Of a stretch of DNA of 47,475 nucleotides, positions 27,458-37,692 are shown one piece after another. Position numbers and translations under genes: made by a program. The stretch's first letter is position 1. The number at the start of each line of letters is the position of its first letter. The DNA comes from Candidatus Micrarchaeia archaeon (GTDB lineage: Archaea > Micrarchaeota > Micrarchaeia > CABMEP01): assembly GCA_038880755.1 (NCBI GenBank), contig JAVZRC010000001.1:74791-122265 (forward strand), in the 5' to 3' direction. Under the pieces are notes generated by a model. It was not told the origin of the DNA, searched no databases, and was given only the letters and a program-made list of their open reading frames with translations.

Positions 27458-28090
27458 ATGATTAATGACGAGAACATTAAACAGGCTATTTCAAAGGCTT
27501 TAGAGGAAAAAGGTTCAAGAAAGTTTGTACAGTCTGTTGAGATGGCTGTGAATTTTAAAAACATAGATATGTCAAAACAGGAGAACAAGCTTAATCTTGA
27601 AGTTACGCTTCCAAAAGGAAGAGGAAAAAACATAAACTTAGTGGTATTTGCAGATGGAAATGTTGCAGCTGATGCAAAGGCAGCAGGAGCAGAATTTGTA
27701 ATAGGTAGTGATCAAATTTCAAAATATAAAAAATCAGACATAAAAAGACTTGCAAAGAATTCAGAGTTTTTTGCACAACCTCAATTGATGGTATTAGTTG
27801 GTAAGAATTTCGGTCAGATTCTTGGTGGAAGAGGAAAGATTCCAAAGCCTCTTGTTGGAAATGTTTCTCTAATGCTTAAAAACGCGAGAAACGTTGTAAA
27901 GATAAGATCGAGAGGAAAGTTTCTTCCTGTTGTTCACTGTGCTATCGGAACAGAAAATATGTCTGTGGATGACCTTACCGAAAACGCGAAAGCAGTTCTC
28001 AATGCAATAAGAAATAAAGTTGGTGGAGACTCTGTAATAAAATCAGTTGTAATCAAACTTTCCATGGGTAAACCAGTTAAGGTCGAATAA
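27458..28090 (+). CDS. rpl1: 50S ribosomal protein uL1
   Basis: RKFVQSVE, LPKGRG, GQILGGRGKIP and SMG motifs. Confidence 0.97.
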   Translation: MINDENIKQAISKALEEKGSRKFVQSVEMAVNFKNIDMSKQENKLNLEVTLPKGRGKNINLVVFADGNVAADAKAAGAEFVIGSDQISKYKKSDIKRLAKNSEFFAQPQLMVLVGKNFGQILGGRGKIPKPLVGNVSLMLKNARNVVKIRSRGKFLPVVHCAIGTENMSVDDLTENAKAVLNAIRNKVGGDSVIKSVVIKLSMGKPVKVE

Positions 28091-28106
28091 ATAAAAGGTG
28101 ATATTT

Positions 28107-28946
28107 ATGGTAAGCGCACTTGAAATTAAAAAGCAGAAAGTTAATGAAATAGCTAATCAATTAAAATCAGCAAAAGTTGTTGCAGTCGTAGATTTGCATA
28201 CTTTACCAAATGCTCTTTTACATCAGATAAGAAAAGAACTAAAAAGTGAAGCAAAAATTATAATATATAAGACATCACTTCTTAGAAGAGCACTTAAATT
28301 AGCGAATCTAAATCAATTACTTCCGGCAATGAAAGGAGAAAAAGCACTAATTATTGCAAATATGGATCCATTCAAACTTTACAAAAAGATGAATGCAAAT
28401 CCATTGAAGGTTTATGCAAAGCCAGGTCAAATTGCTCCTTATGATATAATCGTACCTGCTGGAGAAACACAATTACCACCAGGTCCGATCCTGACAGAGC
28501 TTAAGACTGCAGGAATAGATGCAAGGATACAGGCTGGAAAGGTTGCAGTTGGAAAGGATTCTTTGGTTGCAAAGAAGGGCGAAGTTATAAAGGATGTAGT
28601 GGCTAAGGCATTACAGAAATTAGATATAAAGCCTTTTGAAGTTAGAGTTCATGTTCCTCTTGCATATGAAGATGGAATAGTATATAGCGAGGAGCTTCTC
28701 AACGTTGATGAGAAGAAATTATTGTCAGATATGACAACTGGATACTTTAATGCAAGAGCAATTTCAATGGAGATTGGATACATAACAAAAGACACGATAG
28801 AGCCTTTGATGCAGAAGGCATATCGCAATGCAAGATACATTGGAATTGAGAAAGATATCATGCTTCCTGAATTAATGGAAGAATTGATGAAGAAGGCAGC
28901 GAGACAGGCACAATCTATAAATTCAGCAGTGCCTCAAGCTGCATGA
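28107..28946 (+). CDS. rpl10: 50S ribosomal protein uL10 (P0)
   Basis: AKPGQIAPYDIIVPAGETQLPPGP; ATG at 28107 after AAGGTGA. Confidence 0.95.
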   Translation: MVSALEIKKQKVNEIANQLKSAKVVAVVDLHTLPNALLHQIRKELKSEAKIIIYKTSLLRRALKLANLNQLLPAMKGEKALIIANMDPFKLYKKMNANPLKVYAKPGQIAPYDIIVPAGETQLPPGPILTELKTAGIDARIQAGKVAVGKDSLVAKKGEVIKDVVAKALQKLDIKPFEVRVHVPLAYEDGIVYSEELLNVDEKKLLSDMTTGYFNARAISMEIGYITKDTIEPLMQKAYRNARYIGIEKDIMLPELMEELMKKAARQAQSINSAVPQAA

Positions 28947-28981
28947 TCATCAAGTTAAATAGATGTTTTTGAGGTGAATTT

Positions 28982-29281
28982 ATGGAGTATATCTACGCTG
29001 CTTTGTTGTTGCACGCAGGCAAGAAAGAAATAACAGAGGATGCATTGAATGCAACTGTAAAGGCTGCTGGCTTGACACCAGATCCAGCAAAGGCAAAGAT
29101 GGTGGTTACAGCTCTTCAAGGAGCAAACATAGATGAGATATTAAAGAATGCATCTATGCCAGTTGCAGTAGCAGCCCCATCCGGTGGTGCAGCACCAGCT
29201 GAAGCAAAGAAGGAAGAGAAGAAAGAGGAGAAGAAGACAGAAGAAGAAGCAGCAGCAGGACTTGGTAGCCTGTTCGGCTAA
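28982..29281 (+). CDS. rpl12: Ribosomal stalk protein P1/L12
   Basis: [11 protein letters not shown] at the N-terminus; [13 protein letters not shown] at the C-terminus. Confidence 0.98.
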   Translation: MEYIYAALLLHAGKKEITEDALNATVKAAGLTPDPAKAKMVVTALQGANIDEILKNASMPVAVAAPSGGAAPAEAKKEEKKEEKKTEEEAAAGLGSLFG

Positions 29282-29350
29282 TTCTTCTATTTTCTTTTTT
29301 TATTTTATTCTCAGTAATCTTTCTTTATTTTTTCTTCTTTTCTGGTTTTC
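29282..29350 (+). terminator. Oligo-T terminator of the rpl1-P0-P1 operon
   Basis: Extended T-rich tract after the stop codon. Confidence 0.55.
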
Positions 29351-29413
29351 TTAAGACTCTAAAATCTGTCCTTTCACGAAAGAGATATAAAAATTTCTTT
29401 CATTATCTCTATT

Positions 29414-30517
29414 ATGGTTATTCAATCTAAATCTTTAAGTAATCATATTAATAATGAACATTTTTTGAATACATTAATAGTTTCTGCAATAGTAAATGCA
29501 CAAAAAGAGGCCGATTCCGAGAATTATGTTTCAAAAATCCAATTAAGTAAGGGAGCAGAAGAGTTATTTAAAAAATTGGCTCTCCATTATAGTTCAGATT
29601 TGCGCACTTTTTTCGAAAAACAAAATAAGACCGTATTTTTTTTATTTCAAAAGAACGTGTTGACTAATATAAGGATCTTAAAAGAAGAGGATAAAACATA
29701 TGTGCAATTTAATTTTAATCCGTTAATAAATTTCTTTAAATTGACGCCAGATGCTGAAAAGGTAATAGCGATAGTTTCAAGCTTGGAGAAAACTAAAAGA
29801 AAGAACTTCAAATATAATTTTTTAGTCACAACTACAGATATAAATCAATTTGTTAATGAAATTAAAAAATATACAAAAGATAGAATTGAATACAACCAGA
29901 TAGGCAAGGATAAGTTTAATTTTACCATTACAAGAGGCGATCCAAAAATAAGAGAAATAAGCGAAAGTGCTAAGTCGGATGCATTTTTATGTCTGGCAAA
30001 TATTTATTTCAGCAAAAGTAAAAAGAAATATTTTGTTAATTTTCTTGTAGATTTGTGGAATGCACCATACAATGATTTCGAAAATAGAAGAGCAATAGAG
30101 GAGGTATTTTCAAAAGCAAGTTGGAAGGTGTGGAATGAAGTAAAGAATCATTTACCCACTGCAATAAGTAACCAAATTGCTAAGAAAAGAGAAAAAGCTC
30201 TGCCAAAAGAGAGATTGGAAGAGGTGAAAAAAGAAATCGCTTTTAGTAAGAGATATAAACCGTTAGAAAGAATTATTTCATCTATCGAAGAAGCAGAATC
30301 AAGCAATAAAGAACTTAAAGATGATCTAAAGAAGCTAAGAAAGGAGATTAAGAAAGTATTAAAGACAGCTAAAAAAGAAAATAAAGAAGATGCAATAAAG
30401 AAAGAGATAGAAAGCTATGCGGCAGGAAATTTAAGAGAGGATTGGTATTTACATTTAGAAGAAATATTCAAATTTAGGACATTTTTATCCAAGAAATATT
30501 CAAACGTTTTAAAGTGA
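29414..30517 (+). CDS. Hypothetical protein (Lys/Glu-rich, C-terminal coiled coil)
   Basis: 367-aa ORF with no recognisable motif. Confidence 0.7.
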   Translation: MVIQSKSLSNHINNEHFLNTLIVSAIVNAQKEADSENYVSKIQLSKGAEELFKKLALHYSSDLRTFFEKQNKTVFFLFQKNVLTNIRILKEEDKTYVQFNFNPLINFFKLTPDAEKVIAIVSSLEKTKRKNFKYNFLVTTTDINQFVNEIKKYTKDRIEYNQIGKDKFNFTITRGDPKIREISESAKSDAFLCLANIYFSKSKKKYFVNFLVDLWNAPYNDFENRRAIEEVFSKASWKVWNEVKNHLPTAISNQIAKKREKALPKERLEEVKKEIAFSKRYKPLERIISSIEEAESSNKELKDDLKKLRKEIKKVLKTAKKENKEDAIKKEIESYAAGNLREDWYLHLEEIFKFRTFLSKKYSNVLK

Positions 30518-30520
30518 GTT

Positions 30521-31234
30521 TTATTTCGTTTTAACGATTCGCATTATTCTTCCGTTTAGTCTTATTAAGTTTATTTCAATATCTCCTTTTTGTATGCCTA
30601 TTGGCTTCCCCAATCCTTTTTTAATTGCTTTTCTATAGGCCTCAATAGTATCTACATTAGCAAATGTATATACGCTGCCTATCTCTCTAAATGTATGTGC
30701 ATCGCTGCCACCGATTTGTGGAATTTTATTCTTTGTTGCGTATTCTATTGCCTTTCCATTTTCTTTTGCATTACATCTTCCATTTATTGACTCTATTGCA
30801 TCAAATTTTATCTTTTTTTCAGATAAGAATTGCAACATATTTTGTTTTCGAAATATTCCTGAGAATGGGTGGGGTATTGCAGCAATCCCATTTCTTTCAT
30901 GAATCTGCTCAATTATCTCTTTAACATTTTCAGGAGTCTGTTCTTCCTTTTTTATTTTCAAGTCTTCATCTAAAAAAAGAGCAAGGATCTCGCCAATTTT
31001 CTTTCCTTTCTTTTCACCAAACTTCGGTTTCTTTCTTATCACTATTTCTTTCCCTGCAACGAATACAAGTCCGAGTTCCTTTGCAGCTTTTTTCCCTCTT
31101 TCCCATGCAGAAGAGGTATCATGGTCTGTTATGGCAAACCCATTCAGGCCAAGCGCCTTTGCTCTTGAAGCTATCTGTTCAGGGTTGCAGCATCCATCAG
31201 AGTATATCGAGTGAATATGCAGATCAAGTTTCAT
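30521..31234 (-). CDS. PHP-domain phosphoesterase
   Basis: DLHIHSIYSDG, ITDHD, PHP and GGSDAH metal-binding motifs. Confidence 0.93.
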   Translation of the reverse strand: MKLDLHIHSIYSDGCCNPEQIASRAKALGLNGFAITDHDTSSAWERGKKAAKELGLVFVAGKEIVIRKKPKFGEKKGKKIGEILALFLDEDLKIKKEEQTPENVKEIIEQIHERNGIAAIPHPFSGIFRKQNMLQFLSEKKIKFDAIESINGRCNAKENGKAIEYATKNKIPQIGGSDAHTFREIGSVYTFANVDTIEAYRKAIKKGLGKPIGIQKGDIEINLIRLNGRIMRIVKTK

Positions 31235-31287
31235 TAATAATCTATTGTATGATAATATTTTATATCTTCTATTTCATAATATTTAAT

Positions 31288-31788
31288 ATGGATACTAAAA
31301 ACTGTGGCGATGCAAAATTGGAAAAATACTATCTTTCATGGGAAAAAATAGAAAAATTGTGTCAGGATATAGCCAACCAAATAGAAAAGCAGAATGTAAA
31401 AATAGATAAGATAATAGCAATAAGCAGAGGAGGCCTTATTCCAGGAAGAATACTCTCCGGTATTCTTAAAAATAATAACCTGTCTACTATAAGGGTTACA
31501 TTTTATACAAAACCGGGCGTGGCTAAAGACAGGCCTCACCTAGCAGAAGACCTTTCTACAGATGTTACAGACAAGAACGTGCTTATTGTTGATGACGTTG
31601 TGGAATCTGGAAAGACGCTTTCTCTTACATACAATTACCTTAAAGAAAGAGGAGCAAAAAAGGTATATACTGCAGCTCTTCTTGACAAAATTGTAGATGG
31701 AAAAGAAAAAATTATGTCTCCAGATTTTTATTCAGAAAAAATTGCTAATAAGTGGATCGTTTATCCTTGGGAAAAATTTGAAGAATAA
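31288..31788 (+). CDS. Type I (purine) phosphoribosyltransferase
   Basis: ISRGG, PRPP loop VLIVDDVVESGKT, WIVYPWE; ATG at 31288 avoids overlap with the PHP gene. Confidence 0.92.
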   Translation: MDTKNCGDAKLEKYYLSWEKIEKLCQDIANQIEKQNVKIDKIIAISRGGLIPGRILSGILKNNNLSTIRVTFYTKPGVAKDRPHLAEDLSTDVTDKNVLIVDDVVESGKTLSLTYNYLKERGAKKVYTAALLDKIVDGKEKIMSPDFYSEKIANKWIVYPWEKFEE

Positions 31789-31811
31789 TAATTTTAGCAA
31801 TTAACAATAAA

Positions 31812-32465
31812 TCACTCATTTTTGGGATACCCAAATCTTCCTACTAGAGGAACAAACATAACAGGCAAAATAGCTCTTGTAGTGATGCCTCCATTTTCAT
31901 TCTTTTCAACTAAAACAAGATCCTGCCAGTATCCTATGCCAAGCGGAATAAGCATCTTTCCTCCTTTCTTCAATTGTTCTAATAGGGGTGGTGGAATCTG
32001 CGGGGCACCCGCAGATACAATTATTCTGTCAAAAGGCGACCTTTCCTGCAATCCTTCAGTTCCATCCTTTACAATTACTTCAACATTTTCAATTCCCAGC
32101 TGCTTTATTATCTGCTTTGCATTCTCTGCAAGTTCTTTTATTCTTTCTAGAGAATATATTTTTCCATTATTTCCTACAAGCTTTGCCAATAAACACGTCT
32201 GCCATCCAGATCCAGTTCCAACCTCAAGCACAGTCATTCCTTCTTTAACATCTAATTCTTTAAGCATTATTCCAACCATTGAAGGGGCAGAGATTGTTTG
32301 TCCAAATCCAATAGGCAAAGGAAGATCCAGATAGCTTGAATCTTTTAGCTCAGCCGGGATAAACAATTCTCTTTTAATTTCTCTCATTGCTGAAGCTATC
32401 TTTTCATCAACATAATTATTTTTCAAAAGATATTCTATCATTATGCTATTCTTGTCTTCTTTCAT
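31812..32465 (-). CDS. pcm: Protein-L-isoaspartate O-methyltransferase
   Basis: GQTISAP, VLEVGTGSGW, SPFDRI and FVPL motifs; ATG at 32465. Confidence 0.95.
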   Translation of the reverse strand: MKEDKNSIMIEYLLKNNYVDEKIASAMREIKRELFIPAELKDSSYLDLPLPIGFGQTISAPSMVGIMLKELDVKEGMTVLEVGTGSGWQTCLLAKLVGNNGKIYSLERIKELAENAKQIIKQLGIENVEVIVKDGTEGLQERSPFDRIIVSAGAPQIPPPLLEQLKKGGKMLIPLGIGYWQDLVLVEKNENGGITTRAILPVMFVPLVGRFGYPKNE

Positions 32466-32588
32466 AAAATCACATAATAATAAAGATATAAATATCTTAA
32501 TGTCTACTATTATATTCAAATATAATCTAACATCATCTCAAGAATTCTAATTATATTTATTCATTTTTAGTTCTTCACAGGTGTTTTT

Positions 32589-32777
32589 ATGAAGTATGTA
32601 ATAAACGGAAAATCAAATAATATAAGATTTGAAGGAACAGTTCAAGAACTTCTAAGTAAGCTTGGAATAAGCGAGCAAATAGTAATTGTTAAGGTCAATG
32701 GGAAGATTGTCACAGAATTAGATAAAGTTTCCAATCAAGATAATGTGGAAATCCAGAAAGTAATACTTGGTGGATGA
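32589..32777 (+). CDS. ThiS/MoaD/SAMP ubiquitin-like sulfur carrier
   Basis: 62 aa, VNG motif, C-terminal GG; immediately upstream of a thiolase gene. Confidence 0.92.
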   Translation: MKYVINGKSNNIRFEGTVQELLSKLGISEQIVIVKVNGKIVTELDKVSNQDNVEIQKVILGG

Positions 32778-32793
32778 TTTAAAGGTGTTAACG

Positions 32794-33741
32794 GTGGTTA
32801 ATTGTTCTTTCTGCAATAAGCAGGCAGTAATTCATCTATCATATTCAAATACAAATCTATGCGAGAAGCATCTTGTTTATTCAGTGGAAAGAAGGGTGAA
32901 ACGCACGATCAGGGAATATGGGATGTTGGACGGAGCCAAACATGTGGGAGTAGCAGTTTCAGGAGGAAAAGACAGCCAAGTTCTTTTGTATCTTCTCAAC
33001 AAGATAGCAAAGCCAATGAAAATAAAGCTTACCGCCATACTTGTAGATGAAGGAATAGAAGGATACAGAGATAAGATCATACCAGAGGCCAAGAAGCTTG
33101 CTTCTGAGCTTGAAGTTCCTTTAGAAATAGTGACATTCAAAGATCTAACAGAACATACTCTAGACGAGATAATGTCAATAGAGAAAGAAAGGAGAGAGGA
33201 TTCATCATGCACATATTGCGGTGTGTTCAGGAGATATGCATTAAACCTTGCAGCAAAGAGATTAGGGGTTGATAGATTAGCTATAGGGCATAATCTTGAC
33301 GATATGGTTCAGAGCTATCTGATGAATATATTAAGAAATGAGGGTTTGCTTTTTAGATTCAAGCCAATGGGTGGCGCAATAGAAGATGAGAGATTTGTTA
33401 TGAGGATAAGGCCTCTTTTCAAGATTCCAGAGAAAGAGATAGCTGTATATGCTGTTGTAAAGGGTTTCAAGTCTGTATTTGTTGAGTGTCCTTATGTCAA
33501 TGAAGGCCTAAGGCCTTTAGTGCGTGATTTCATCAATTCAGCTGAATCTAGATATCCAGGAACAAAGTTTAAGATTCTTCAAAATTATTTAGAGACAAGC
33601 AGTGTGATTTCAGACAAATTCGATTCTAGTAGAAAAGAAAAGAAAATAAACAGCTGTTCAATTTGTGGAGAACCTACTTCAGGTTCAATATGCAAAGCAT
33701 GCAGCCTTTTGGAAAAATTGAAAAAAGAGAAGCGAGTGTAA
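32794..33741 (+). CDS. TtuA/NcsA/Ctu1-family tRNA 2-thiolation protein
   Basis: N- and C-terminal Zn fingers; PP-loop SGGKDS; CTYCGVFRR; GHNLDD; ECPY. GTG at 32794 after AAGGTG preferred to 32767. Confidence 0.92.
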   Translation: MVNCSFCNKQAVIHLSYSNTNLCEKHLVYSVERRVKRTIREYGMLDGAKHVGVAVSGGKDSQVLLYLLNKIAKPMKIKLTAILVDEGIEGYRDKIIPEAKKLASELEVPLEIVTFKDLTEHTLDEIMSIEKERREDSSCTYCGVFRRYALNLAAKRLGVDRLAIGHNLDDMVQSYLMNILRNEGLLFRFKPMGGAIEDERFVMRIRPLFKIPEKEIAVYAVVKGFKSVFVECPYVNEGLRPLVRDFINSAESRYPGTKFKILQNYLETSSVISDKFDSSRKEKKINSCSICGEPTSGSICKACSLLEKLKKEKRV

Positions 33742-33764
33742 AATATTTGAAAAACATTTATATT

Positions 33765-34517
33765 TTATTTATAGTTTATAGAATTGATTATATCTATAAT
33801 TTGAGTTAAATCCTCAACCATATAATCTGCTTTTGGACCTTTTGCCTCATCGCTGTTGCATTTTCTATTAAGATATACTGTGATAAGGCCAGCATCTTTT
33901 GAGGGCTCAATATCGTTTGAATAGCTGTCGCCAACCATAATCATTTCTTTTACATCCCTGCCTAATTTCGAAGCTATCCATAGGAAATATTCTTTTGTCT
34001 TTATATCTATGCTTTGGGATAGTTTGTTCTCTTGAACATACTGCTCAGTTACAAATATTTCATCTATAAGCATGCTTAAATTCGCCCAATTTATTTTATC
34101 TATCTGTTTGTGCGTTATTCCTGCAGTGGCTATCCCGATAAGCAGTCCTTTTTTCTTAAGCGAAGTCAGAGTTTCTATTACCTCGTTATATAGGAAAGCG
34201 AAATAAGCATATTTTGTTTTATGGTGCGCACTTATCCCTGCTGTCGCTATCCTATCAATCTTTAGTTGGTCATTTATTCCCAAGTTTTTGCAAACCAACA
34301 TTGCAGTTTCATCAATAAGCTTCCCATAATTAGATCCTTTTTCTTTTCTTATCTTTTCCATTGTTTCCTCAAGCACTTTTCTTGACAATTTTATTCTGAA
34401 CTTTTCAGTTGCCTCTGACTGCATTCCAATTATTACTGCCTTTTTTGAAAGCTCTTTGTATTCATTTGTATTCAAAATCGTATTATCCCAGTCAAACAAA
34501 ACAGTTGTTATTGCCAT
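33765..34517 (-). CDS. HAD-superfamily hydrolase
   Basis: Motif I FDWDNT; motif IV VGDSYSNDI. Confidence 0.9.
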   Translation of the reverse strand: MAITTVLFDWDNTILNTNEYKELSKKAVIIGMQSEATEKFRIKLSRKVLEETMEKIRKEKGSNYGKLIDETAMLVCKNLGINDQLKIDRIATAGISAHHKTKYAYFAFLYNEVIETLTSLKKKGLLIGIATAGITHKQIDKINWANLSMLIDEIFVTEQYVQENKLSQSIDIKTKEYFLWIASKLGRDVKEMIMVGDSYSNDIEPSKDAGLITVYLNRKCNSDEAKGPKADYMVEDLTQIIDIINSINYK

Positions 34518-34521
34518 GTAT

Positions 34522-34827
34522 TTATCCATCAATTGAGATATTTATATCTTTTGGACTGGGGTTTTGTAGAAATTTCTGCAATGTAGTGAAATGAGGTATT
34601 TTCTTTAATTTAAGGAGATACACTGCTTCGGTTGAAAATTCTAACCAATCTCTAAAGTCTCTGTAATTCATTTTTAATTCTGTCTTTAATATTCCCATCA
34701 CTAGGAATTGATGCTGAGTAAATGTTTTCTTAGAAAATTTGGAGGAATACCTTGAGATTCCTCTCTGCTTTACTAACTGGAAGCCTAATATGATAAGCTT
34801 TTTAAGTTTATTCTGCCTCTTAGACAT
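34522..34827 (-). pseudogene. Truncated IS5-family transposase (N-terminal part only)
   Basis: YSSKFSKKTFTQHQ...YRDF...IPHFTTLQKF is typical of archaeal IS5-type transposases; 101 aa with no DDE core. Confidence 0.85.
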
Positions 34828-34834
34828 CGTATAC

Positions 34835-34856
34835 CTCTTGGCGTGGTCGCCAAGAG
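34835..34856 (-). promoter_or_regulatory. Perfect 9-bp hairpin overlapping the transposase RBS
   Basis: CTCTTGGCG-ACCA-CGCCAAGAG followed by GTATACG-ATG on the minus strand. Confidence 0.6.
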
Positions 34857-34982
34857 TTTATACTTATAATAATTTAAGGAGTCTATAGAAAATATGAGCA
34901 AAAATTTAAATATTTTCTACATAAAAAGGGATTCGTATACGGGTTGTGTCTTATTCAACTATGATCTAATGAAATAAGAGGA

Positions 34983-36415
34983 ATGTGGATGGAGGTAAAA
35001 CATATACTCTTGCTCATTGTAGCAGTAATTGTTATAGGTTTAGTGTATATCTTTTTGATTTCACCAACTTTTCAATCAAAGAAGATCCTCTCCTTTGGAG
35101 ATTCGATTAATGAAAACGATCTTATTTTTACATTAATCGATATACAAGGTCAAGAAAAGAATAAGGAAAATCGAACTATTATTATTTATGCAACCTTAGA
35201 AAATCCGGCTAAAATTAGACTTGATGTTGAAAGTTATAATGTCACAGCTCAATTAGTTGGTTCAAAAGGGGAGCAATACAGCCCAATCGATTTAAATGAT
35301 CTAGTAAAAAATAATTTCACTTATAGAAATCTAAAAGGAATAAAACAGTTAAGCGAATATTCTAAAATTAGAGGTTTCTACGCTTTTGAAGTACCAAAAT
35401 ATACATCTGGTCTTAGATTTAAGATCAAAATAAATGATAAGCTATATATTTATCTACTTAATTATTCTCCGGTATATGAAGAAATTTATGATTTGTACAT
35501 TGAAAATCATACTATCTTCATCGATTTATTGGATCAAAAGAAACTGATTACGAGATTTTACATCGATCAAAACAACAGTTTAAAATCAGAAAAGTCAATA
35601 GGGTCTTTGGCTAGGGTGGATAATTTATATAACGAAACATCCTATGCTATTGAAGCAGAGGGTCTAATAACGAAACAAGAAAAGGAAAACGGAAGTTTTA
35701 GATTTTATGCTGTAACTAAATATAAAGATGAGTTAATCACATTAATAAATAAAGTATTAAATAATCAAAAAGTAGATTCGATTCATTTTGCTATTTGTGA
35801 CAGTGTAGTATGTGAAGTAGCACTTTGTAACGGATCGACCTTCTATTTTAATGGTTACTGCAATAAATCAAGTGGTAATTGTATCTATGATACATACCCT
35901 TGTTATGGTGGATGTAGCGCGGATGGCAAAAGCTGCAAGAAACCATTGACATTAAATGAAAGAGTTCGAGGAGTAATACCTGCAGCATTTGAAAACTTAG
36001 TAGTTTATGCAAGTGTAACAGATGTCTTTAATTCAGAGTGCAATGTATACCTATAACCTGCTTTACACTTTCTCTTGAAGCGCCACCTTATGAGCGTTAT
36101 AGTTTTGTTTCATTCCGTCACGATAGAATCTACACAGAATATTATGACGCGGCATATGCAAGAAATGGCACTCCTCTTATAAGATTTGATGAGTGCTCTC
36201 CAGACACTATATATTTGGTATCTAACAGCGTTAAAAACTATAACTTTTGTTATTCTAGAGGTGATCCGCTATCATTCCATATCGAGTTAGCAAATTATCC
36301 AGGGTCAGTCGGTGGAATGGGGGCAGCCGTATCATGGACATTTTATATTTTAAATGAAACAGATCTCAATTTGATTAACGACCCATCATTATTTATAAAA
36401 GAAAAAGTAAAGTGA
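34983..36415 (+). pseudogene. Membrane-anchored surface protein (Ig-like/DUF4352-like domain plus Cys-rich module), apparently split by a frameshift into 34983-36056 and 36038-36415
   Basis: N-terminal TM helix; the second frame opens only at 36032, overlaps the first by about 20 nt, and has no convincing RBS. Confidence 0.55.
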
Positions 36416-36558
36416 GAGAAGTAGAGTATTAATCAAAGAATACAAATAAATGGTTGAGAAGAATAATAATATTGAATGATTTTGGATTTGAATTATATTT
36501 ATGAGCAGCTATTAAATACAATTAGGGAGAGTTAAGATTAAAATTGGGGGTGATTAAA

Positions 36559-37155
36559 ATGAGAGAGGCGTTATTTAGATTTCTCATGTTCGGTTTAATG
36601 GTCGTTGGTTCGTCTTTTGCATTAAGTCAAACAATGGAAATAACAGTGCATTCTGATACCTCTCTAGATGTTTCTTTAATTGCAGAGCAATCACCTTTAT
36701 TCAGTGTTTCATGTTCTCAAGTTAAATCGTACTTGCAATCTCTATCATCTTTTTCATCAGAAGAGAGCGTCGAAATAATGAAGAGTATGAAATGTAAAGA
36801 AACAGGAAATAATATTACACTTTCATTTTCAATTAGTGCACAGACCAATAAATCTAAGATGGGTATAAACGTGTATAAAATTAAGAAAGCAGATGGGGAA
36901 TACATCAGATTTGAGATGAATTATGTTTCTTTTGATCTCAAGGTCAAAATGCCATCAAAAATTATATCACATAGTGGGGTCTTGAACGATTCAAATGTAG
37001 TGATTTTTAAAGCAGGTACCCGCGATGCATATGCTGAATCGAAAAGTTCGTCCTTTAGTTTTGAAATCATTATTTATTTGATTGCCGCTTTAGTTATTGG
37101 TTATATTGGTTATAAGATATTAAACAAGCCAGGTTTTCTAGAAGGTAAAAGTTAG
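36559..37155 (+). CDS. Secreted protein with a C-terminal TM anchor (LppM-like beta domain, tentative)
   Basis: GGGGGTGA RBS; signal peptide; VKMPSKIISHSG; C-terminal hydrophobic helix. Confidence 0.7.
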   Translation: MREALFRFLMFGLMVVGSSFALSQTMEITVHSDTSLDVSLIAEQSPLFSVSCSQVKSYLQSLSSFSSEESVEIMKSMKCKETGNNITLSFSISAQTNKSKMGINVYKIKKADGEYIRFEMNYVSFDLKVKMPSKIISHSGVLNDSNVVIFKAGTRDAYAESKSSSFSFEIIIYLIAALVIGYIGYKILNKPGFLEGKS

Positions 37156-37220
37156 ATAGTATAAATATATCTAATAATTTAATGATATGTATGTATTATC
37201 TCAATAGGAGGTGTAGATAA

Positions 37221-37586
37221 ATGGCAATTGAAGGAGCAGCATTGATTGAAACACTGCTTGTTCTTGGTGCAGGTTATTTTGTAATTTCTACTCTGTTACC
37301 AAGAGTACGAAAAGATGTTTTGACACGCTTTATAAGCGATGAAGCTACATTGAATACAATAGTGTATATTGTTTCACTATGGATAATCGCAAGCGTAACG
37401 CATAATGCATTAAATGCATTTACGGGGATGTTGGATACAGATGGTCAGAGATATATTTCTGCATTAGCAAGTCCAATAGGTGTTATAAGTGGTGAGATCA
37501 GTAAACTATTCAGTCTCATGGTTTTAGGCGCATATCTCTTCATCGCTTATTCTATCCTATCTTATTCTAAAAAAGGTAGGGATTAA
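37221..37586 (+). CDS. Small membrane protein (about 3 TM)
   Basis: Strong RBS AGGAGGTG; hydrophobic segments. Confidence 0.75.
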   Translation: MAIEGAALIETLLVLGAGYFVISTLLPRVRKDVLTRFISDEATLNTIVYIVSLWIIASVTHNALNAFTGMLDTDGQRYISALASPIGVISGEISKLFSLMVLGAYLFIAYSILSYSKKGRD

Positions 37587-37692
37587 TTTGATGTTTTTTC
37601 TTTTTTCTTCTTTTTATGCCCTTTATAGAGTCCGTTTCCATACTTCATTTGTCAAATGTATTTACTAGGAATGTAAATATTCTAGAAACGTT

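Noticed and set aside
31081-31287. N-terminal extension of the phosphoribosyltransferase ORF; likewise extensions at 15533, 23193, 26829 and 32519
   Set aside because: They overlap neighbouring genes or promoter-like AT-rich DNA; downstream starts fit the family and RBS/TATA spacing better.
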